DNA from: Candidatus Hydrogenedentota bacterium
GTDB taxonomy: Bacteria; Hydrogenedentota; Hydrogenedentia; Hydrogenedentales; SLHB01
Assembly: GCA_963674865.2 (NCBI GenBank)
Contig: CAXXYE010000002.1
Location: 173,325 to 237,324, forward strand
Direction: 5' to 3'
Length of the DNA stretch: 64,000 nucleotides
A program made the translations under genes and the position numbers. This document shows, one piece after another, positions 18,325 through 27,238 of this stretch; within the stretch, counting starts at the first letter, position 1; every line of letters starts with the position of its first letter. The notes beneath the pieces are model-generated. The model was not told the DNA's origin, ran no database searches, and was given only the letters and a program-made list of their open reading frames with translations.

Positions 18325-20001
18325 GTGGTAGCCGTGGGCACTGTGTTCAAGAAAACCTATACCAAGCCGCTGGCCGAGGGGACGGAAATCGTCACACGCA
18401 AAAACGGGCGGTTTGCGCAATGGCGAGACCGAAACGGGCGAAAACGATTGGCCAAGGTGACGACGGGCAGGGGCGGCACGCCGCGGATGCTCGTGGAATC
18501 CGGCGTTTATGTGGCAAAGTACCGGGACGGGAGCGGCCGCATTGTAACGGTGTCCACGGGATGCCGCGACAAGAGTGCCGCGCTGGCCGTGCTCTCCGAC
18601 CTCGAGGCGCGCGCCGAGAAGGTCAGGGCGGGGGTCGTAACGCCGGCTGAGGATGCAGTGCGGGACCATCAAGAAACGGCCCTGGCTCAACATATCGCTG
18701 AATACGTCAGTTACCTGCGTGCGAACGGCTCTACCCAAGGTCATTGTGATGACCGCGAGCGGTATCTCCTCCGCTTATCGCGTGATTGCCGGTTTGGGAT
18801 GCTGCGTGACATGGACCGCACATTGTTGGAAGGTTGGTTAACGGCGCGGGCGAGCGAAGGGATGTCCGCGCGTAGCCGGAATGCTTATAGGACAGCCGCG
18901 TTGGCGTTCTGCAATTGGTGTGTTCGTGAGAAAAGACTCATGGCCAACCCGTTTGCCGGAACACCTAGGGCCAATGAAAGGGTGGACCGGCGCCGGCAGC
19001 GCAGGGCGCTGACTGCGGACGAACTACAACGTCTCCTCGCGGCGGCGCAACAGAGGCCTTTGCTGGATCGGCTCAAGAAGAACCGCGGGGCGGGCGTCGC
19101 CAATCTGACGCCCACAACACGACGAAGGCTCGAGCGCCTGGGTCAGGAGCGGGCGCTGATCTACAAAGCGCTCGTGCTTACCGGACTGCGAAAACGCGAA
19201 CTGGCCTCACTGACGGTGGGGCAGCTGGAGCTCAACGGGAGCAGGCCCTACGCCGAACTCCTCCCCGCGGGCGAAAAGAACCGGCAGGGGTCACGGATCA
19301 TGCTCCGACGGGACCTGGCGGAGGACCTAAGGTGCTGGCTCGATGCAAAGCTCAAGCAGCGTAGGGAGGAGGCCCGGGCGCAGGGAGCGCCGGTTCCCGT
19401 GCATTTGCCCAGTGCTACGCCGTTGTTCACCATGCCCGACAAGCTGGTGAAGATACTCGATCGTGACCTAGAACTCGCGGGCATACCGAAACGTGATGAG
19501 CGTGGTCGGACGGTCGATGTGCATGCGCTGCGGCATACCTTTGCCACGCACCTGAGCAAAGGCGGCGTGCCCCTGCGCACGGCTCAAGCGGCGATGCGGC
19601 ACAGCGACCCGCGACTTACGGCTAATACATACACGGACCCGCAGTTGCTAGACGTGGCGGGGGCACTTGAGGTGTTGCCGTTGTTACCTCTCGCTAACGA
19701 CGAGGGCGGCAAGAAGGAAGGCGAAGCTGCTGCGACAACGCGAACGCTTGCACCAATGCTTGCACCAAATCCTGGCCTAGCATGTCCATTAGGGGGCAAA
19801 ACTGACAAAAACGCTGGCAAAAGGGGCACGAGGGTGGGCGTTAGGGATGCAGCAAGAAAAGGCAATAATGACAGGGGTTTTCATGCCCTGACACGTGATG
19901 ACAAAGAGGAAGAATGGTCGGGGCGGCCGGATTTGAACCGGCGACCCCCTGCTCCCAAAGCAGGTGCGCTAACCGGACTGCGCTACGCCCCGACGAGGTA
20001 A
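18325..20001 (+). CDS. int: Tyrosine recombinase / integrase; ORF continues antisense through tRNA-Pro
   Basis: TGLRKRE (R), HALRH (HxxR), MRHSD (H) and TYT (Y) catalytic residues; adjacent to a tRNA 3' end. Confidence 0.9.
   Translation: MVAVGTVFKKTYTKPLAEGTEIVTRKNGRFAQWRDRNGRKRLAKVTTGRGGTPRMLVESGVYVAKYRDGSGRIVTVSTGCRDKSAALAVLSDLEARAEKVRAGVVTPAEDAVRDHQETALAQHIAEYVSYLRANGSTQGHCDDRERYLLRLSRDCRFGMLRDMDRTLLEGWLTARASEGMSARSRNAYRTAALAFCNWCVREKRLMANPFAGTPRANERVDRRRQRRALTADELQRLLAAAQQRPLLDRLKKNRGAGVANLTPTTRRRLERLGQERALIYKALVLTGLRKRELASLTVGQLELNGSRPYAELLPAGEKNRQGSRIMLRRDLAEDLRCWLDAKLKQRREEARAQGAPVPVHLPSATPLFTMPDKLVKILDRDLELAGIPKRDERGRTVDVHALRHTFATHLSKGGVPLRTAQAAMRHSDPRLTANTYTDPQLLDVAGALEVLPLLPLANDEGGKKEGEAAATTRTLAPMLAPNPGLACPLGGKTDKNAGKRGTRVGVRDAARKGNNDRGFHALTRDDKEEEWSGRPDLNRRPPAPKAGALTGLRYAPTR
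19915..19992 (-). tRNA. tRNA-Pro (TGG)
   Basis: Reverse complement CGGGGCGTAGCGCAGTCCGGTTAGCGCACCTGCTTTGGGAGCAGGGGGTCGCCGGTTCAAATCCGGCCGCCCCGACCA: cloverleaf, GGTTCAAATCC T-arm, CCA end. Confidence 0.97.
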
Positions 20002-20072
20002 AAGGATCTTATCACAAGTGTTGGGGGGCGGCCAAGCGGCCGCGCCAGACGACTTGGCGATTGGGGGATGTC

Positions 20073-22868
20073 CTATTTTAGCGTCAGCCGCAGCGTGACG
20101 ACCTTCTTTTTCCCGACGTCGAATCGCAGGGATTTGCCGCGGGCCTGCAATGGCGTGATCTCTTCTTCTTCCATGGACACCAGGGCGGCGGCGTCGATGG
20201 CTCGGAAGAGCTTCAACTGGCCTTGGGCGGCGCGGTTCGTAGGATTGAAGACGCGCACGATAATGCCGTTGCCGTCTTCTGCCTGTTTGATGGCACTCAG
20301 CACCAGCGCCCCGGGGGACAATTCGAGGAAGCTCTGACGCTTCGGCAAATCGCCGCCATGGGCGCCTGTCTGGGCGGGCTGCATGGGCACGGCCAGGTGT
20401 TCCGCTTCGCACTGGACTTCGGCCTGATCCCACGTGCCCGCGTGCGGGTAGATGAGGTACCGGAATTCGTGGGCGCCGGGGCTTTGGGAGAGTCGCATCT
20501 CAGGATGCGGCTCCCACCGCCAACTTACGGTGGTTAGTGAGACCTCGTACGCGCGCATCAGGGTGAGGGCGATGGTGCGCTCGGCGTCGGCGGTCACCTG
20601 GTACTCGCGCAGGCCGTCGTTGATCACCGCCAAACCGGTGATCGCGTCGCCCACGTCGACGAACCGCTGCATGGGGAAGGTCGCGTTGACGCCGCCGTAC
20701 CAGGGACTGTCCGGGCCGAACTCGATCTCCCGCTCGACGACGTCGAAGGCCGACTCGACGTGGCAGTGTTTGGCCGAGGCGAGGCCGGTGGGGAACATCA
20801 CGCGAAGGCGGTGGTTGTCGGCGGTGTTGTCGAAGCGCGTCAGCACCTCAAGGCCGCGGGCGCCCTTGCGGAGCGTGATGTATGAGGTGATCGTGAGCGG
20901 GCGCGTCTCCGCGGTGCGGCGTGAAGCGCTGCCCGCACCGTCGAGGCGCTGCCAAGGATCGCCGCCGTTCTCATCCAGTCCGGCGGGCACTGTCATTTTG
21001 TACTCGATGCGGTAGCGGGCCAGCAGGGGGCCGTTTTCTTCGAGGGCGATGGTAACGGGACAGCCGTGGGAGGTGACGATCTCGTCGATGGCCGGCTCGA
21101 TGTGCATCCACGCGTGGCCCGCCTCGCCGCTGTCCTCGAAATAGTGGAGTCCTTCGAAGACTTGGCCGGTGCGTTTGTGCTTGATGGTGAGTGTGCCATC
21201 GCCCGCGATGCGGACGCGGAGGTTCTCGTTTTCCATGGTGTTACGGCCGCACACCAGGCCGCCCCGCGTGAAGAGGCCCTCGCGGTCGACGCGGTAGGTG
21301 GCGTAGCCCATCGGCGGAATCTGGTGGGCGTCGAGATGGATGGTTACCTGCTCGCAATCCATCATTGCCGTGGCGTCGCCGGGGTGATTGACGACGGCGT
21401 GATGCGGGCGGCGCGTTGCCACCTGGACGGCGGCGGGGCGCCCGTTGTCGGCGCGAACCAAGGCGAACTCTTGCGAGGCCAAGTCCTTGGGAATATCGAG
21501 GACGGCCGTGATGACCTCGGAGCGGCTATGGGGCGACGCGTTGAACACCGTCAGCACGACATCGTCCTTGCCGACGTCGGCATTGTCGATACGGCTCTGG
21601 ATGTACTCGAGGCTTCGGCGTCTGAGTCCGCCGGCGATGTTGCTCACCTGGCGGAGGCGATCCGTCACGTCGCGTTCGATATCGTCTACGCCGCTGCCGG
21701 CGATGCTGTCGTGGGCGTGGCACTTGAGGAGCGTCTTCCACGCGAGATCGAGGAACGACGCAGGATAGGCCGCGCCCAGGCACGACGCCAGGGCGGCATA
21801 AGGCTCGGCCCAGCGCTGGAGCACGTGCTCGGCGAGTGCGTTGAGTCGTTTCATGCGAGTACGGCTCGACAGCACGTCGCTGTATAGATGGACGCGGCCG
21901 TTCATGAGCTTCGGCGTGCGGCGTTCGCCCTTGAGCACCGTCAGGTTCTTGGCGGCCTTCTTCACCTTGGCCATCAAGTCGGGGAGGGTGCTGTGGGAGA
22001 TGGTGTCAGGCGCCAGGATCTCTTCGGCTTCCTTGATGATCTTCAGTTCGGCCTCGTCGCCGATGCTGCTGTCATGGCCCATCATGAAGGCCAGAAACTT
22101 CGTAGTGGCGACTTCAGTCTCTGCGTCGCGCAATTCGCGGAGGCAGCGCTCGAGTTCCTTCCGGTAGAAGTGGCGGGGCGGGTCGAGGAGAAGGTGCTGG
22201 CTGAGCGCGCTGTCTGTGTCGCACAGGTGGAAGGGGAGCCCGCCTTTCGACCAGTCGTACTCGCGGTCGTAGAGCCCGCCGCCGCAGACGACGGGGCGGT
22301 AGACGAGGTGGTAAAAGTTGTAGCGGGCCATCGAACTCATCTGCGAGGCGAGTATGCGCGTGCCGTCGGCGCCCTCGAAGAGGAACTCGTTGGGCACTTC
22401 ATCGTGGGAGACGCCGTGGTAGAAGAGCATGGTGTCAATGCCGAATCCCGCGTAGATCTGCGGCATCTGGGAGTTCTGGCCGTAGGAGAAGGGCGTGTGG
22501 CCGACCTTCATCACGTTGCCTAATGCACCGGCGACGCGATGGCCATAGAGGAGGTTGCGCACGAGCGATTCGCCGTTCACGTTGAATGCCTCTGGGCAGG
22601 TGTACCACGGCCCGACGAGCAGGTGCCCCGCGGCGACTTGGCTCTTAACCTCGTCGGTGCGCTCGGGCCTTATCTCGAGATAGTCCTCGATGGGCACGGC
22701 CTGGGAATCCAGGAGAAAAGAGCGGTACTCGGGGTGCTTGTCCAGAATATCGAGCAGCCCGTCCAAGAACTCGGCGAGCATCATCCGCGTTTCCTGGAAA
22801 TTGCACAGCCATTCCCGATCCCAGTGGGTGTTCGAGATCACGTGAATCTCGTGCGTCTTCTTCGGCAT
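20073..22868 (-). CDS. Glycoside hydrolase family 38 (alpha-mannosidase-like)
   Basis: SNTHWDREW, LLDSQ, GPWY, HAHDSIAG motifs; 931 aa. Confidence 0.9.
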   Translation of the reverse strand: MPKKTHEIHVISNTHWDREWLCNFQETRMMLAEFLDGLLDILDKHPEYRSFLLDSQAVPIEDYLEIRPERTDEVKSQVAAGHLLVGPWYTCPEAFNVNGESLVRNLLYGHRVAGALGNVMKVGHTPFSYGQNSQMPQIYAGFGIDTMLFYHGVSHDEVPNEFLFEGADGTRILASQMSSMARYNFYHLVYRPVVCGGGLYDREYDWSKGGLPFHLCDTDSALSQHLLLDPPRHFYRKELERCLRELRDAETEVATTKFLAFMMGHDSSIGDEAELKIIKEAEEILAPDTISHSTLPDLMAKVKKAAKNLTVLKGERRTPKLMNGRVHLYSDVLSSRTRMKRLNALAEHVLQRWAEPYAALASCLGAAYPASFLDLAWKTLLKCHAHDSIAGSGVDDIERDVTDRLRQVSNIAGGLRRRSLEYIQSRIDNADVGKDDVVLTVFNASPHSRSEVITAVLDIPKDLASQEFALVRADNGRPAAVQVATRRPHHAVVNHPGDATAMMDCEQVTIHLDAHQIPPMGYATYRVDREGLFTRGGLVCGRNTMENENLRVRIAGDGTLTIKHKRTGQVFEGLHYFEDSGEAGHAWMHIEPAIDEIVTSHGCPVTIALEENGPLLARYRIEYKMTVPAGLDENGGDPWQRLDGAGSASRRTAETRPLTITSYITLRKGARGLEVLTRFDNTADNHRLRVMFPTGLASAKHCHVESAFDVVEREIEFGPDSPWYGGVNATFPMQRFVDVGDAITGLAVINDGLREYQVTADAERTIALTLMRAYEVSLTTVSWRWEPHPEMRLSQSPGAHEFRYLIYPHAGTWDQAEVQCEAEHLAVPMQPAQTGAHGGDLPKRQSFLELSPGALVLSAIKQAEDGNGIIVRVFNPTNRAAQGQLKLFRAIDAAALVSMEEEEITPLQARGKSLRFDVGKKKVVTLRLTLK

Positions 22869-23019
22869 CGTGTCTCCTCCACGCGCTTATTCAGCTTCGC
22901 TTACTTTGGCCCGCACAGAAAGGTCGTGTTCACCAAATGTGACTGGAACGGCCTATTGTTGGCCAGTGGGAGGGACTTGTCAAGCTCCTTACACGCTCGG
23001 GCGGCGGGCAGGGGCCGTA

Positions 23020-23166
23020 TCAGCCGTGCAGTTTCTTGTACGCCCGGCAGGCGGGGCAGTACTTCTGGTAGGAGGCGATGGCTTTGGCGAGCTTGGATTC
23101 GGGACGCCAGCGGCCGTAGATACAGACGGGGCAGAGCGCGCAGATGAACGCGAGGATCTTGTTCAT
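23020..23166 (-). CDS. 48-aa Cys-rich small protein, copy 1 (absent from ORF track)
   Basis: MNKILAFICALCPVCIYGRWRPESKLAKAIASYQKYCPACRAYKKLHG; RBS GAGGAGG; differences from copy 2 are mostly synonymous. Confidence 0.75.
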   Translation of the reverse strand: MNKILAFICALCPVCIYGRWRPESKLAKAIASYQKYCPACRAYKKLHG

Positions 23167-23194
23167 GATGCCTCCTCGGCCGCGGCGGCGGCCA

Positions 23195-23313
23195 TTAACT
23201 GGTGACTTCCGTTCCCACGGGGCAGCGGAAGCAGCGATCGCCCAAGGCGGCCATGAACGCTTGCGTCGCGGCTTCTCCCGTGCAGTGGGCCAGTCCGATG
23301 TGCTCGACGTCCC
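23195..23313 (-). pseudogene. Duplicated 3' fragment of the MBL-fold hydrolase gene
   Basis: VEHIGLAHCTGEAATQAFMAALGDRCFRCPVGTEVTS versus VERIGLAHCTGEAATQAFMAALGDRCFRCPVETEIAW at 26391-26509. Confidence 0.85.
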
Positions 23314-23372
23314 GGGGAAATAAAGCGGAAATAAACGGAAATAAAGGGAAATAAAGGGACAGACTACGAATT
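23314..23372 (-). repeat. REP-like 17-mer (GGGACAGACTACGAATT) with (GGAAATAAA)n tail
   Basis: Motif at 23356-23372 preceded by about four GGAAATAAA units. Confidence 0.85.
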
Positions 23373-23410
23373 AAGTTGAATCTCCTGGCCGAAGGCGCTA
23401 CACTCGGCAC

Positions 23411-23852
23411 ATGAGTCGGGTAGCACGAGTGGTGGTACCGGGTTTGCTCACCACGTTACGCAACGGGGGAATCGGCGGGCCGACGTGTTCGAGACAGACG
23501 GGGGCCGCAAGGCCTGAGGTCGCGGGACGCCCACACGGTATAGGCCATGCACTTTAATGGCCGCACGCACATGTGCGAGGCCCACCTGTGGGCGGGTGGT
23601 GTATGATCTACGGAGTTTCCCCTGGCGGGGACAACATCGGATTGGTGCACATGGCTGTACGAGGGCGAAGAGTATGACAGTGTCGAGCGTACTCGCCGCG
23701 ACACGAAGACGGATCGGTCTTGCGGGTCGGCACCTTTCCTTGCTCAACTTGAGGAGCTTCTCAGCCGTCCGCTGTATCCCGGCAAACGCGGTCGCAAACC
23801 CAACTTCTCAACGCGTTCCCAACAGGCCCCGAAACAAGGGCCTAATTCGTAG
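23411..23852 (+). pseudogene. Internally deleted REP-associated tyrosine transposase (RAYT, Y1 HUH)
   Basis: MSRVARVVVPG..HHVTQRGNRRADVF N-terminus (frameshift, then stop) joined to a C-terminal segment ending ...GKRGRKP...NS*. Confidence 0.8.
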
Positions 23853-23951
23853 TCTGTCCCTGCAATTCCCCTGCAATTCCTGCAATTCTCTGCAATTCCT
23901 TAATTCGTAGTCTGTCCCTGCAATTCCTGCCTGCAATTCCTCTGCAATTCC
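23844..23951 (+). repeat. Two REP-like 17-mers (AATTCGTAGTCTGTCCC), each followed by (TGCAATTCC)n
   Basis: Motifs at 23844-23860 and 23902-23918, each with 3-4 tail units. Confidence 0.85.
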
Positions 23952-24337
23952 TGGACGAGACCCACCTGTGGGCGGCGGTTCGTTACGTCGAGCGCAATCC
24001 GGTGCGGGCGGGCTTGGTCGAGCGCGCGGAGGAGTACGCGTGGTCCAGCGCGGCCGGCCATTGCGCATTGCGGGCAGACGGTGTATTATCCCAGGAGTTC
24101 CCCCCGGCGGAGGTGATACAGGACTGGCGCGCATGGCTACACGAAGGGGAGGATGATGACAGCGTCGAGCGCATTCGGCGGGACACGAAGACCGGTCGGC
24201 CCTGCGGATCGGCATCGTTCCTTGTCCAACTCGAGCTCCTCCTCAGCCGCACCTTGCGTCCCGGCACACGCGGCCGGAAACGCAAGTCCCGACTGGATTC
24301 AGCACGGCCCCCTGGAAAGAAGCGGAGAAATTCGTAG
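23951..24337 (+). pseudogene. C-terminal half of a second RAYT copy
   Basis: LDETHLWAAVRYVERNPVRAGLVERAEEYAWSSA...GRPCGS..F contains the catalytic Tyr / NPVRAGL signature; the N-terminal HUH half is missing. Confidence 0.85.
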
Positions 24338-24387
24338 TCTGTCCCTTTATTTCCTCTTTATTTCCTTTATTTCCCCTTTATTCCCCC
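24329..24387 (+). repeat. REP-like 17-mer with (TTTATTTCC)n tail
   Basis: aattcgtagtctgtccc at 24329-24345 followed by four tttatttcc-like units. Confidence 0.85.
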
Positions 24388-24433
24388 ACCTCCACTCTCG
24401 CCTGAGTCGTGCACGGATAGGGAGAAAAACTCA

Positions 24434-25995
24434 ATGAAGCGAATTTCCAGCAGGTTACGTGCGTTCAAAGGGCGGAGTTGGCAGTTCATGTTGCCTTGCC
24501 TGTTTGCAGCCCTGACATGTGTCCCCATCGCGTGGGCAGAGCTGGCAGAGATGTTGACGGAATTCCACACCTCTGCAGAAACAGACAACTCTCAAGAGAC
24601 AAGTCCAGCGCCCGATCAGTGCGAGGCGTGGATTGCCAGGTTTGAAGAGGCAGTTGCTGAGAATCCGGATGACCCGCGTCTGCCATTCGCCACGAACGAA
24701 CTCGCAACGCTTTACGCTTCCATAGGCGAGGAGAGGGAGGCCTTTCGACTCTTTGAACAAGTCCATGACAACGAGCGAGCGAATCTTGATGCACGTTTCG
24801 CCGCAGTTCAGCGAGCGCAGAACCTGAGGTTGAGGAATACCGACTCGGGCCACGATGCCTTCCCCTATTTCGACAAGATGAAGGAGCTGGCAGGATTTGC
24901 CGAGAGCCAGGGGGCGGTACTGGTTGCATCAGAGGCCGTTCAGAATGCCAGAAAGACGAAGTACTACAAGGCGCTCATGTTGCAGCAAGAGGCCAACAGA
25001 AGGGCTGCCCAACTTAAGGAGCAAGGTGACACTGACAAGGCGTACCAAGTCAAGCTTGACTATCTCACCGAATCCCTCGCGTACATGGACGAAGACCTTC
25101 AAGATACGCGTCCCAACCCGCGAGATGTGGCTGGCGACAGCGCTCGAGCTTGGGTGCTTCTGGAGGCGGCCAAGATGGCTAGCCAGCAGGCGAAGCTCGG
25201 AAGGACCCTTCATGTGGAGGAGACCGAAATCTCGCATTCACATGAGCACTCCGTTGCCTTCTGTGAGGAGATCCTGACAGATTACCAAGATAGCGGGCAC
25301 GCACTTCAGTTGGCGGGGGAACTGCTACTCAGAGAGTCATTTCCGATCATGACCTCACCAGAAGCCTATCTTAGACGAGCGCGGGAACTCAAAGGCCAAG
25401 TGGATGTGGGCCTGGAAGTCATCAGTGCTCTGCTGAGCGTGTCGAGCAAACTGTGCAAACCGACGCAAACGCCCGTAGAGCTAGCACTCGCCACCGGTCT
25501 GCTGGACCTTGCCCTGGAGCTTGAGGAGGAGTGGTACGCGACGGAGTTCAAGTCTCACGGCGGCTACCATGAAGCCCTATTGCGCAAGGGGATCGCTCTA
25601 GTAGGCCTGGGGAAGATCGAGGAGGCCCAGGAGCTTCTGTCACTCCAGGCGAGGCTGAACCCGGACTACTTCCCCTCCCTTCGCAAGAAGCTGCAACTCC
25701 AGATCGAACATGCAAGGGGCGAGGCTCACTCCTCGTCACGCAACTGCTTGAAGAACTTGACGAAGGACCTGCGGACGACACGCAAGCGTCCGCACCTGAC
25801 TCCGCAGCCACACCCTCGACCTCTTCCACCCGGTCCGACGCCCGAGCCCCGGCCCAGTCCTCGGACTCCCGACAAGGAGGGTCACTTGGTGTAAAGGCCT
25901 TGGCTGCTCTCGCTTTGCTCTCAGCAGCCGCAGTCGTGGTGAAGCTCGTGGCAAGCCGGGGCCGGCGGAATTCTTCGGAGGATTTGGATGCTTGA
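24434..25995 (+). CDS. Secreted alpha-helical (TPR-like) protein with probable C-terminal membrane anchor; frameshift near 25720
   Basis: Signal-like MLPCLFAALTCVPIAWA. After ~25720 an alternative frame gives a Ser/Thr/Pro/Ala linker, then KALAALALLSAAAVVVKLVASRGRR and a stop at 25993-25995. Confidence 0.6.
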
Positions 25996-26120
25996 CAAAC
26001 GTCTCCTTGAAGCGCGCAGGCGAACACCGTATGCCCTTTCTTGGAATTGCGCAACGGTCGCGCCACTCGTGCTGGGCGCCCTGATCTACTGTTGCATGGG
26101 TGACGCGGCGTCGCCGATTC

Positions 26121-26171
26121 AGGGGAAATTCGGGGGAAATTCGGGGGAACTTCGGGGACAGACTACGAATT
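26121..26171 (-). repeat. REP-like 17-mer with (GGGGAAATTC)n tail
   Basis: ggggaaattc ggggg aaattc gggggaacttc g gggacagactacgaatt. Confidence 0.85.
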
Positions 26172-26215
26172 TATCAGGGCCCGTTGCGTGCTTGGCTGCT
26201 GGACAGCGGGGCGTA

Positions 26216-26362
26216 TCAGCCGTGCAGTTTCTTGTACGCCCGGCAGGCCGGACAGTACTTCTGGTAGGAGGCGATAGCTTTGGCGAGCTTCGATTCGGGA
26301 CGCCAGCGGCCGTAGATGCAGACGGGGCAGAGCGTGCAGATGAAGGCGAGGATCTTGTTCAT
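26216..26362 (-). CDS. 48-aa Cys-rich small protein, copy 2
   Basis: MNKILAFICTLCPVCIYGRWRPESKLAKAIASYQKYCPACRAYKKLHG; RBS GAGGAGG; follows the MBL hydrolase in the operon. Confidence 0.75.
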   Translation of the reverse strand: MNKILAFICTLCPVCIYGRWRPESKLAKAIASYQKYCPACRAYKKLHG

Positions 26363-26390
26363 GATGCCTCCTCGGCCGCTGTGGCGGCCA

Positions 26391-27224
26391 TCACCAGGCG
26401 ATTTCCGTTTCCACGGGGCAGCGGAAGCAGCGATCTCCCAAGGCGGCCATAAACGCTTGCGTCGCCGCTTCCCCCGTGCAGTGGGCCAGTCCGATACGCT
26501 CGACGCCCCAATCGCGGAACGCGGCGATGGTTTTGGCTATACGCTCCTCGGATGCGCTCCCGAGGTGCATGCCTCCCATCACCGTGTGGATGCGGGACTC
26601 GCCGGTGAACTCTTTCGCCCATGAGACGGTGTTCACAACGCCCGCGTGCGCGCAGCCGAGGATAATCGCGAGTCCTTGCTGCGTCCGCAGCACGAGGGCC
26701 ATATCGTCGGGAAACGCGTCCGGCTTCTTGCCGCCGTCCAGCTCGACAAAGAACCGGTTGCTGATGGGCTCGAAGGCAGTGCTGCGCGGGACTTGGCCGG
26801 TGGTAGAGACGCCGGGCATGATTTCGAGCGGCTCGGCGCTGAGTTGGACGCGCCCGGCCTGGGCACGTACGTCATCTTCCGAAATGCTGAAGCCGGCAAA
26901 ACGCCACGCCCCGTCCGTCTCGTGGACGTACTTGCTGTCGAAGACGGACGGATGGGCGAATAACGCGGGGCGAGATGCCTCCCGCAATACGGCTTCCAGA
27001 CCTCCGACGTGATCGTAGTGGCCGTGGCTGAGGGCGATCCATGATAGTGTTGATAGCTCTTTGCCGAGGGCCTGGGCGTTGTGCACGAGGGCGTTCGTCT
27101 GTCCCGTGTCGAAGAGTCCCGCGCCGCCGTCGCCTTCAATGAGAAAGGCCAAACCGTGTTCCGCGGCCAGCCCGCGGTTGGCGTCGGCTTCGTTCTCCAT
27201 CAAGACGGTGACTTTGTGCATCAC
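26391..27224 (-). CDS. MBL-fold metallo-hydrolase
   Basis: AEHGLAF, FDTGQ, SHGHYDHVGG, GCAHAG, GGMHL, HCTG motifs. Confidence 0.9.
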   Translation of the reverse strand: MMHKVTVLMENEADANRGLAAEHGLAFLIEGDGGAGLFDTGQTNALVHNAQALGKELSTLSWIALSHGHYDHVGGLEAVLREASRPALFAHPSVFDSKYVHETDGAWRFAGFSISEDDVRAQAGRVQLSAEPLEIMPGVSTTGQVPRSTAFEPISNRFFVELDGGKKPDAFPDDMALVLRTQQGLAIILGCAHAGVVNTVSWAKEFTGESRIHTVMGGMHLGSASEERIAKTIAAFRDWGVERIGLAHCTGEAATQAFMAALGDRCFRCPVETEIAW

Positions 27225-27238
27225 TAGGCGTCACGTTA

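Larger units (their letters stand above)
1..19914. mobile_element. Integrative element / defence island at tRNA-Pro(TGG); left end lies outside the window
   Basis: Integrase abuts the tRNA 3' end; AlpA-primase-helicase module; BREX cargo. No second att copy was seen in the window. Confidence 0.75.
23017..23313. repeat. ~300-bp diverged direct repeat, copy A (small ORF plus 3' end of the MBL hydrolase gene)
   Basis: Aligns by eye with 26212-26509 with scattered substitutions. Confidence 0.9.

Noticed and set aside
23314..24387. CRISPR array
   Set aside because: Repeats are 17 bp, in both orientations, irregularly spaced and separated by transposase fragments; no cas genes are present.
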